NCBI RefSeq assembly: GCF_963676685.1
Contig: NC_092344.1
Span: forward strand, 62,000,001 to 62,064,000
Direction of reading: 5' to 3'
DNA length: 64,000 nucleotides
From: Mytilus edulis
Lineage: Eukaryota
Part shown: one piece after another, positions 1 to 10,818 of the stretch
Layout of the letters: every line of letters starts with the position of its first letter
Position numbering within the stretch: the first letter of the stretch is position 1
Position numbers and translations under genes: made by a program
The notes under the pieces: model-generated
Seen by the model: the letters and a program-made list of their open reading frames with translations, nothing else
Database searches by the model: none
What the model was told of the DNA's origin: nothing

Positions 1-284
1 TATTAAACTTCTACATTTTATATTAATTTAAACACTTGTAGATAAATATTATGATCATAGTAAATAACATAATTCTGTTCTACTTATGATGTTTAAAGGG
101 TTAATTGATATGCACGTAGAATCCATGTAATGTGTTCGAGGTATTAGTTAATGACGCCAAAAAATCTACTTGAATATTTGCTGATTCCAAATATCAAAAC
201 AAAACGGAAGTATCTCAAACGATAATATCGTACAATCATGGATTGTAATTACAATGTTCTTCAAATGGTTGTGTTTTTTTCATA

Positions 285-510
285 TCACCTCAGTAGTCAG
301 TAAATCGATACTGACATGGTTTATAAAATACCTTTCTTAATTTCGCCGTTAAGTTTAGAAACTCTAAAGAAACTAAGGTACTAACTCCTCCAGGGTAAAT
401 TGAACTTATAGTGTAGATTGTGTATACATCCTTGGCATTCAAATGTTTAGGTTTAATCGTTCCTGGCCGGTGAAGGTGTACACAGAAAAGCGCTTTGAAC
501 TAACCAAATT
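285..510 (+). repeat. Decayed copy of the 350-bp hammerhead (retrozyme-like) repeat
   Basis: Diverged matches to the 8837-9649 unit (CAGTAGTCAG..CTGACATG, AAACTAAGGT, TCAAATGTTT..CGTTCCTG..TGAAGGT..CAGAAAAGCGCTT). The CTGATGA core is disrupted. Confidence 0.6.
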
Positions 511-904
511 TATTTTATTGCTTAATCTTATCATTATGTAACAAATTATTTCTCAAAGTATACTTATTTTAATTAATGTTTTATAAGTGAACTCAAACTA
601 TGGAAATGTACACTAGCATTTTGTTAAGTTCGAAATACAAAGGTAACAAAATGACCTATGTACTGAAACAAGCAAGAATGGTAAAAATTGTCTCCTCTAT
701 GAACTACAAAACGGAAAATGATGTCATTGGTAAAATTTTGATTTTGACAAATGTGTTGCGTAAAATAATGTTATCCTTCTTTTAAGCATACTCTGACTTG
801 ACGGAAAATGGAAGACCGATCTTTTTGTGGGGTTAGTAGCTCTATCAGCGGGTATCAAAGCCTCATTATACTTTTGTTTAAGTCTTTACTATGTATGACT
901 TATA

Positions 905-1095
905 TATAAATAAGACCGTTAGTTTTCTCGTTTGAATTGTTTTACATTGTCATTTCGGGGCATTTTATATCTGATTATGCGGTATGGGCTTTGCTCATTG
1001 TTAAAGGCCGTACGGTGACCTATAGCTGTTAATTTCTGTGTCCTTTTGGTCTCGTTTGGAGATTTGTCTCATTGGCAATCATACCACATCATCTT
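905..1095 (+). repeat. Abundant interspersed repeat (..GAAGGCCGTACGGTGACC..GAGAGTTGTCTCATTGGCAATCATACCACATC)
   Basis: Related segments recur near 5550-5690, 20360-20545, 32000, 37870-37965, 39140-39255, 54480-54675 and 61005 (-). Class not determined. Confidence 0.7.
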
Positions 1096-1123
1096 TCTTA
1101 TATTGTTTCGATGTCTATTTTAG

Positions 1124-1266
1124 GCATTGAGGATCACTGTCGATGCTTTTTCTGTGGCGGTGGCTTACGAAATTGGGAGCCAGGTGATCAGTCTTGGGTA
1201 GAGCATGCGGACAACGAAAATCAAAGAACGATAACTGTGTACTCGGACAACAGTGGAAGTCGATGA
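1124..1266 (+). pseudogene. Truncated extra BIR C-terminal-half exon in the IAP-A locus
   Basis: AG acceptor at 1122-1123, then (G)[28 protein letters not shown]. Homology is lost before the last BIR Cys and a TGA follows at 1264-1266. Confidence 0.75.
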
Positions 1267-2595
1267 CAGATACACACCTTTTTAAACGTGATATAAGTGA
1301 TGAAACCTATATGAATTAACACACAATGATATGAAAATACTTTCTAATGTTGTACTGTTACACCACTGTCACAGATTAGTGAAGGGTTGGGATATCACTT
1401 ACATGTTTAACCCCGCCACATTATGTATGTGCCTGTCCCAAGTCAAGGGCCTGTATTTCAGTGGTTGTCGTTTGTTTATGTGTTACATATTTGTTTTTTG
1501 TTCTTTTTTTTATATATCTATATATATATAGATATATATATAAATAAGACCGTTAGTTTTCTCGTTTGAGTATATACAACAGTAAAGTATCATCCTGTAT
1601 CATACATGTTATCTATATCATATTACATAAAGCAAGAAAATGTGTTGTATTCCTTCGGTTTATCCAAACCCCTGAATATTATTCGAAGTGCCATATCTAT
1701 AAGGTGATCAGACTTCATAACCAAGACGTAAGCGGAACAGTTCGTAACATATTATATAACCTAAGAACGCACATTTCATATATATGAATTAAGGCATTCA
1801 GTCTAGTTATGCTAAACAACATAGGTACATATACACCCCGCTTGTGCAATTCATGCATGTCATATTCAATATACTATAAAAAATATTTGAAGCATTGTTT
1901 TTGTTTAAAGATGAGTAAATAAAGTTAACTTACATTTTTCTGCAGTTTCCGATGAAATAACCACTAATGTGTTATGTGTGTATATGCGGCACTGTATTTG
2001 TGTATTATGTGTTAATGAACTTGAGAATCGCTATGTGAATAATGTACATGTCGTCCAAATGATCATACCTTTTTATATATTTAAACATTTGCATACTCTT
2101 AAGCTTTGAAATAGGTCTGGATCGTTTAAAACTGCTCCAACTTGTGTAATATGTTTTTTAAAGTCCATTTTTTATATCATTGGGTGAGGATTCCCATGGA
2201 AAACACCTATTCTAAAAATAACTTATCGAATGGATAGTTTAAAATTCGGGATTGACATGAAAATGCGGATTTTGTTTAATTTTTATTCTCTGTTAAACAC
2301 TTTTACTTAAGGAATGTATCTCCCTGATGTAAATCTTAGATTCATTTCTGTGTTGACCCTACGTTTTGTCTATTCAAGGACGTAAGTTATACGTCCTTGG
2401 TTCAATTAAACCACCGCTGAACGGACATTAATTGGTGAAATGCGAAATAGGTGCAGTAAAATTAGTACTATCAATGTTTGCACAAGAGATTATGTCCTAA
2501 AAGTATGAAATGGTAAGACATTAACTAAAATTGTGATATTTGACCATGATAATTAAAACAATAAGTTTTTAATTCATTTTAATTTTTTAACTTAG

Positions 2596-4586
2596 GCATA
2601 GAAGATCACTGCAGATGTTTCTTTTGTGGAGGTGGTCTGCGAAGATGGGAAGTTGGGGATTTGCCATGGACAGAGCATGCGCGGTGGTATCCAAAATGCC
2701 AATTTGTCAAACAATGTATGGGAGAAAAATTCATTGAACATGTGCAGCATGGAAAGGATCCCGAAAATATTTCAAATGTAAGTAATGTAATGTTTCAAGT
2801 CTATAACAAAAATAGAATTTTTGCGAAATAAGATTGTCTGGCTTTTTAACTTTGTGAATGCTTGACAAATATAGACAAATACATAAAATTGTTTTAAGTA
2901 CAGGTTGCCTTTTTAGCAAACTCCTTTTATCCAGGATGTATCGTAATGCTGAATAAAGGAATTATTACATTTAAATTAAAATAAATAAATAAGTCAAAAA
3001 TGTCGGAAATAATTTTAATGATAATATTTGTGTTGCAGAGCTCACATTCGGAACAAAAGATCGAGTCAAAAGGGTTAAATAGTTACACCAATAATCCAGC
3101 AGTGCAAACAATTATAGAATTTGGATATGAACCAAATGCAGTTAAATCAGCTTATACGAGCTTACAAACAGCTGGAGTTCAAGGTAACGTCAGTAGTAAA
3201 TAATATGATAATCGACATGAATGGAACTACTCATTTCTCAAATAAAGATTCGTTGTAGAACATTCAAATAAAATAACAATCAGTGGTGCAATATCTAAAA
3301 TATATCAGGTCTCAATGTCATTTTCCATCATGCATATCTAAATAAATATTTTATAATGGGATTTTTCAGATATAACAGCAAGTTTATTGTTTGAAAAAAT
3401 TAATGAAAAAGAAGAAAGAGAACAACCGCAATCGGCCTGTAATCATCCTGGTAAAGGTAGCCATAAACCAGCTGCACCCGAAGAAAACAATAACATAAAA
3501 GATACACCTAAAGACGAACAGATAAATGTTGACCCAGACATTGAATGTAAGAGTATAACATTTTACACTAGAAGAAGAACCATTTAAGACCTTTGCAACG
3601 GTGTCATTCATGAAGTGAATATCCAAATATTCTTTAATGCAAAATCATTATATCATTGACAGAAAATAACTGTTATGCTTTCTTCATTAGGACAATCAAA
3701 GGAATTTTGCGGTATTCGTAGAACTGTTATGATGGAAATAGAAATTTCAGTTAGTCAAAATGATAATTTGCTATTACTGTTTGATATAAACAATTTACTT
3801 TTTGTTAAATTGAAGTAGCATAGACGTGTTAATCTTTCAAAGAACCTCCAATTTCTTTAAGTTTTTTACAGGTCATCATGGTCATGGTGCTCAGTTTAAA
3901 TTTTATATGCGTAAATTTGGTTTTATCTTTACCTTTTACCTTTGCTGCTACCATCTTTGATATCATAGGCAAATATCTAACTTATGGTTTCATATTTTAA
4001 ACGTGCACATCGGCACATCGCATATTGATATATATAGATAATGAAAAATGTGTTGATATACTGACTATATCAATAAACTAGTTTATCTAGAATTTCGAAT
4101 CAAGATGTAAATGAAATTGATAAAACTCCTTATAATTGTATTAGTAGTATTGTTCAGGGCAATTGTTATCTTATAGTTCGTTTCTGTGTGTGTTGCATTT
4201 GTTTTTTGTTGAACTTCAGTGTTTTTATTGTTTAGTTGTTTTCCTCTGATAGTTGATGTGTTTCCCTCGGTTTTAGTTTGTAACCCGGATTTGTTTTCTC
4301 TTAATCGATTTATGACATTCGACCAGCGGTATACTACTGTAGCCTTTATTTATGTAATAAACAGAATTTCTTTTTATTCTTTGTAGTATCAGTAATAAGT
4401 CTTGAAGAGGAAAATAGAAACTTGAAAGACCAACAAACATGCAAAATATGTCTAGATGAACCAGTGTCCATCGTTTTCCTGCCATGTGGGCACATGGCAG
4501 CGTGTATAAACTGTGCCCCTGCACTAAGACGATGTCCGATCTGTAGAGCTTTCATCAAAGGAACCGTTAAGGCAATCATGTGTTAA
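2596..4586 (+). CDS. IAP-A: inhibitor of apoptosis (BIR-UBA-like-RING), 5' part outside the window; exons 2596-2777, 3039-3183, 3370-3546, 4387-4586
   Basis: GT-AG exons join in frame. BIR C-half [33 protein letters not shown]-like NPAVQTIIEFGY, and C3HC4 RING CKICLDEPVSIVFLPCGHMAACINCAPALRRCPICR ending in TAA. Exon sizes 182/145/177/200 parallel those of the two paralogs. Confidence 0.9.
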
Positions 4587-6871
4587 GAAGTTTGCCCTGA
4601 AGAAAGATACCAAAGCAGTACATTACACTCAGTAATGGTTAAACCCACACCCACGAAATAACATAATCTGAAGAATGTCAAGAAGTGCAATCTTTCGCAT
4701 TTACATGTTTATGAACTTTTGAAACATGAGTTTATTGGGACGTCCAATTTTCTAGACGCATTAACTGACCCTTGATCGTTGATATCACTAAAGTATTATG
4801 AAAATACTAATACTTAACTATAAAATTATCTGTATATGATATTGTATATCTCAATTACAGTCTGCAGTTTGTATTTTCGTTTCATTGTTAAAATTTACCA
4901 TAATAAAACTTGCGTTAACTTGAAATTTTTAATAAATAAATAACATTGCAATAATTTTGTGTCGTTTTTGTAAAAATAAAACGAGGTATGGGAATTACTT
5001 CAATGACAAAGCAGCCCAACACAACCAACTGTTCTAAATCGTTTTTAAGCATAAAGATGTGTCACATAATTTAACTACGACTAAAGATCACCATTACCCA
5101 ATTAAACTTACCCCCCCCCCCCCCCCCCAAAAAAAAGAAAAAAAAAAGAAGCAAAATCAAAACAAAACAAAAACAAAATTTAGTCTCAGATGCTTGATTT
5201 TTTATTAATTGCTAGTGGCTTTGAACTACCTGACAGTCACTGGTAGTACTCTTAGATCATTACTTAGTGTCTTTTTGTTGTTCGTATATACAAGAACCCG
5301 GCCACGTTCAATCTGTGTTTTTATTAGATATATTTCTATTTGTATCCATCTGATGTGTTAAGTCTTTTTCAACTGATTTTTATTGTTCTTTCTTATGTTG
5401 TACCACTACACCACTGTATTGGGATCCCGCTAACATGTTAACCCCGACACATTCTGTATGTATGTGCCTGTCCCAAGTTAGGAGCTTGTAATTCAGTGGT
5501 TGTAATTTGTTGATGTGTTACATATTTGTTTTCGTTCATTTTTTTTACATAAATTAAGCCGTTAGTTTTCTCGTTTGGATTGTTTTACATTTGTCATTTC
5601 GGGGCCTTTTATAGCTGACTATGCGGTATGGGCTTTACTCATTGTTGAAGGCCGTACGGTGACCTGTAGTTGTTAATTTCTGTGTCATCACAATCAATTC
5701 TAAAACAAACAAACAAAATATTTAAGTCTTACTTCAAACTTTAGATTAACATACTGATGATGATTTCCTAAAAAAAAACAATGACCACCTAATAACAGAT
5801 TGCGCATGTAAAGGATAATTATGATTTACCTCATAAAAAAGATCACGAAAAAACAAAGAAGTCTCAATATAGGTCCAGACAGAGATACAAAGGCTCCACC
5901 CTTTTCCCCTGTTTACACATTGAATTGCTTATTGTCTTTTCTCGAATGTTGACATGTTGCTGTTCTGTATTGTTCATGTACTCTTGATGAACGTATAATA
6001 AATGAATTATAATTGTTTCGAAGATCTGAATCGAAACAGTTTACCATTTTCATGGACATTTGTTTAATAAATCGAAATATGATGGTCGCTTTATTCCGAT
6101 TAATTCTTCTTCAATAAAATAAAATAAAAAACTGTCTTGAATCAACAAGATATCAACTGTCTTTCCAAAATATACATGGCTTTTGACATGTTAAAGTGGG
6201 CTAAACTCAAAATCGTGAATATTCAAAATAACATTTCGATGTTTTTTATCAGCGCTGAGTGCGACCGAATGGAACGATCTTAAAGTCTTCATATTGCTAC
6301 TCCGTCTACAAATGTACATTTTCGTATATGTGTTCGGTTGCTTCTTAGTGCATTTTATACACATTCCTTTATCAGTTAGATATTATAATGTATACTAAAA
6401 AATAAAACTTTCCCTCTTTTTTACCTATCTAAGCCCGAAAAACTTTTTATTTTTATAATGTATAGAAAATCTCACCAAGATCTAAGAATATTACAAAAGT
6501 GTAAAATTGAACTTAATTTACAATAAGCCATTGTAGTTTTGTCAATTCGCACTAGAATTACAATCATTATGATGATTTTAATCTAGACTATTGGCCGACT
6601 TATTGTAAACAATTTTAAATCTAAATATAGATAGAATATGTAAACAAACATGACCAAAATAAAGTTCAAGTACGGTTATTGATCTATTTACTAACTCAAC
6701 AATCAAGTGGGAAATGTAACTTGTTAGGGATATTGACAACATAATTAATTGACCATAAGTCGCTATGTATGCATGTGACCCTTGTTATTTATTATAAACA
6801 GCCTCGCTAGAAAAAAACCTTAATTATACATGTGTTATAGGTAAATAGCCAATTTGAATTAGTATGCATTA

Positions 6872-8514
6872 GGGACTGTGCAATATTTATCTGAGGGTGG
6901 GACCGGTGCAAACATGGACGGGGCACATACTTTTTTCATGCAATTAATGAGCGGGGCGCAAAGTTTTTTGTAACAAACCTTTGGCGGGGCGGACACTTTT
7001 TAAAAAACCCTTCGTGTGTGCATAAAAAAATTAAATCAGAGTATAACAGATTAAAACTATTTGTGATTTCTGTGGAAAAAAGTAACTTGATAGAAAAAGA
7101 ACAATTGAATCTAAAACAAAATAACCTAATACAGTGCTTCAATATATTTTTGTGTGTTTATGCTTTTAATAATCATTTATAAAAATAAAATGAAATTCTG
7201 ATCAAAATTCTGGAAAATTATAAACAATGTTTTGAAAATTAAACATATGACATAACATATGGTAATAAATGCTTAAACATAAAACAACTTCAATTGTATT
7301 TTAAATAAATCTTTAACATGACAAAATTAAATTCTTAAACATTAAAAGAATTACAACTTAATCTATGAAAAAGCTGAATTATGTCCCTTGGGAGTATTAA
7401 TTTCCAACAAAAGTCCTTGCAAACAGTAGAAAATGAAAAATTATGTATGCCTGATATAATTAAAGATATAAACTACAAAATCAAGCACTATTGAAATATT
7501 TTCTGCATGAATTGCCAAGAATGTGAACAAATTCTTTACACAGGAGAATATAAATTCTATCTAAATTTGGCCTCAAGTGGGCCTCTTTTTTTCTTAGATG
7601 GACAATTTTAACGCTGAAAATGCTTCTAGTATGATTGAATATTGCCTTACTCCATAAACAGTACAAACTTAACCAGAACATTTCCAATTTTAATAGCTAG
7701 AGAAATACCCAAGTGATACATTAGGGAATTACACAGCAAAGAAGGCAAATATCTCAGTTAAAAACATTTGTCGCGTCTTGAATTCTGGTGTTTCCAATTG
7801 AACTATTTATTGCGAAAGGTGAAAAGAAATACAAAAGAACTATAGTTTGGTGCATTTTATACAATATAGTTAATATTGAACTCCCAGAATAAAGTTTTAT
7901 ATCAGTACCCATCAATTTGACTTATTATGATGAATCAGCACTTTTCTCAACACAGTATTGTTCTCAGTGAATAATTTTTATTCTTTGTGATAAAAATCAA
8001 ATGTACTTATAAAAAGCTTCAAAATAGTATAAAATAACTGAAGTCTGATGCCCACTATCATTTTACACCAAATTTATGAAATTTTGGAAGTCTTTTCAAA
8101 TAATTGTCTAGAAAATATTTCAATAGGTTATCAAATTTATTTTGTAAATATACACACTGCAATTATTCATAGATAAATACAAAAAAATATCTTGTACCCT
8201 TACATTCAATCACAGCGCTCCTAAGTTGACTTCCCTCAAAAATAAAATCTTTATAATATTGAATTAAATGCATTTGAGTTGAAATATCAACTCTGATATA
8301 CATGTATTATTGAATGTTGTGCATTTTAGTTAAAAAATATCATGTTTCCATATATGTGTTTCATTTTTTTTTCCAGCGGGGCAAGGACTTTTTTTTTATT
8401 AATTGAAGCGGGGCAAGAACTTTTTTTATAATAAATATTGGCGGGGCATACAGTTTTTTTTTTTAATATTTGCTGTACACCGGCCCCACCCTCAGATAAA
8501 TATTGCACAGTCCC
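6872..8514. mobile_element. Non-autonomous TIR element, PIF/Harbinger-like (GGG..CCC ends, TTA TSD)
   Basis: ~37-bp TIR GGGACTGTGCAATATTTATCTGAGGGTGGG(A/G)CCGGTG at both ends. TTA at 6869-6871 and 8515-8517. No transposase ORF. Confidence 0.85.
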
Positions 8515-8874
8515 TTAACGCGGAAATCAAACCGAATCAGAAAATACGAATTATTGGAGTGACCATCATCATTACCTCTCTGATTGACATCATGAAAAAG
8601 GAGGAAACATACAATAAAGGGAAATTACATTTTTCAGAAAAAAAAAGCACTTTACATGCAATTAATGCATATAGATAGTTTTTTATATCTGTTTTGTGAT
8701 ATAATGTATATTCACTAAATACGAGACAATATATTGAAGCTGTCTCATGACGGTCCTAATGATTTTGTTTTTTTTTGTTAAGTAAAACAAATAAGTATAG
8801 ATAAGGGCTAGAGTTATACATATGTAGTGCCTCAATTACTTATACATCTTCGGATTTCAAATGTTTGGCTTTGA

Positions 8875-8916
8875 GCGTTCCTGATGAAGGTAAATCCAGA
8901 AAAGCGCTTCGGACGC
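8875..8916 (+). ncRNA. Type I hammerhead ribozyme, copy 1 (predicted cleavage after 8910)
   Basis: GCGTTC-CTGATGA-AGGTAAATCCA-GAAA-AGCGCT-TC-GGACGC. Intact CUGAUGA/GAAA/UH core; stem I GCGUUC pairs with GGACGC; palindromic minimal stem III. Confidence 0.8.
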
Positions 8917-9224
8917 AATAAATTATCAAACGTGTTGTTTTATATTTTTACATCACTGGGTCGATACCTCTGCTGGTGGACTATCAGTCCCCGAGGGTAT
9001 CATCAGCTCAGTAGTCAGTGCTTCGGTACTGACATGATTAAACAAACTTTATTAAAATTGTCCGTTTATAAATTTTGAAATTATTATAAAACTAAGGTTT
9101 CAACTCCCTCAGTCAAAGTTGGCTTTAGATGAATTTGGCTATTTATTTTAGGTATTTTCAACATATAGCTCTTCAACGATTTTCGGTACTTAAACATCTT
9201 CGGATTTCAAATGTTTGGCTTTGA

Positions 9225-9266
9225 GCGTTCCTGATGAAGGTAAATCCAGAAAAGCGCTTCGGACGC
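9225..9266 (+). ncRNA. Type I hammerhead ribozyme, copy 2 (predicted cleavage after 9260)
   Basis: Identical to copy 1. Confidence 0.8.
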
Positions 9267-9574
9267 AATAAATTATCAAACGTGTTGTTTTATATTTTTA
9301 CATCACTGGGTCGATACCTCTGCTGGTGGACTATCAGTCCCCGAGGGTATCATCAGCTCAGTAGTCAGTGCTTCGGTACTGACATGATTAAACAAACTTT
9401 ATTAAAATTGTCCGTTTATAAATTTTGAAATTATTATAAAACTAAGGTTTCAACTCCCTCAGGCAAAGTTGGCTTTAGATGAATTTGGCTATTTATTTTA
9501 GGTATTTTCAACATATAGCTCTTCAACGATTTTCGGTACTTATACATCTTCGGATTTCAAATGTTTGGCTTTGA

Positions 9575-9616
9575 GCGTTCCTGATGAAGGTAAATCCAGA
9601 AAAGCGCTTCGGACGC
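9575..9616 (+). ncRNA. Type I hammerhead ribozyme, copy 3 (predicted cleavage after 9610)
   Basis: Identical to copy 1. Confidence 0.8.
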
Positions 9617-10818
9617 AATAAATTATCAAACGTGTTGTTTTATATTTTTTAAGCATCTACTTCTAAAATATGTATATATAATGCAAAATATTATTCAGTA
9701 GAGTAATTTAAATTAGATAATTGAAAATGTTGAATTTTATGCAAAGATTATAATATAGCTATTTTAGGTCCTTTTTTGTCATTTAGCTCTTCAAATGCTT
9801 CGAGTCTTAAACATCATTGATTTTTCAAATTTTTCTTATAGAATGACAAGTAGAAAAATCATTATATCATTCCTTTACATGACTTCTTTGCGGAAAAACG
9901 TATGATTTCGCATTTTAAATTTTCTATTCATAATTTCACTGAAAGACTGACAACATTGGCAGAATGACATCCTCTACCATATTCATATTTAATCTGACAT
10001 TTCTAGAGTTTAAACAGCTACGTAGTCCTATTGAAAAAAAAATGATGCAGAACATGAGATGGATTTTCCAATGCCAGTGATTTCACTATGTTCAAACTAA
10101 TCAGCACGATTATTCTTTGAGCAGACCCGCAGATTAACGACACACTTTTCACTTATTCGTTATTCATCTCTGGTAAGATAAGCGGCAGATGTGTAGAATA
10201 TTGTTACTAAAACAGTTGTAATTAAACAACGTGATACCAACAAAGTAGAAATAACACAAGGTTGAATTTTTCGAGGAATATTTACATATGAGTCATACGG
10301 AAAACATCGTAATATTCATATGACATTGTGATGATTTACTCTAAACTTTAACGCACAAGGATATGTCGAATATTAAATAAATAGAAAAAAGGATTGTTCT
10401 TTTTATCTAAAGAGAATTTTCAAAATGAATGGAAGTTAAAGGTCTATTTCGGCCTTTTGATTGTTATATTCTCGAACATTTTATTTTTAAGGCTTTCAAT
10501 CTATACACTTTTATTGATTTTAATCTCAAGTCTTATTACAAACACGAAGTTACTAAAAACGAGGAGATATTTAACATGGATTTTGCACGTTTTCAACAAC
10601 TGTATAAGATATAAAGAAAGATAACTCTAACTTATACCGCATAAAACCAGTTTTAGTTTTTCCGGAATAAACTGGCGACTCTGTATTATTTATATATAAA
10701 TATATGCCGAAAAGAATTAAAATACTATTTATTTTGTATATGCATACATTATACACGACAAAATAATTGCCTGCTTTATTAAGGTTTGTATTTTTTATAA
10801 GTAGAAAAACTTATTTGA

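Larger units (their letters stand above)
8837..9649 (+). repeat. 350-bp tandem array (~2.3 near-identical units), retrozyme-like
   Basis: Exact 350-nt period (CTGATGA at 8881, 9231, 9581). The units differ at only a couple of positions. Confidence 0.95.

Noticed and set aside
4273-4579. Minus-strand ORFs
   Set aside because: Antisense shadows of the IAP-A RING exon.
8884-9428. Two identical 64-aa ORFs
   Set aside because: By-product of the 350-bp repeat; the ATG lies within the hammerhead CTGATGA core.
10060-10296. NF-kB-like GGATTTTCC and AP-1-like TGAGTCA upstream of IAP-B
   Set aside because: Plausible for an IAP gene, but short single motifs with an unknown TSS cannot be supported.
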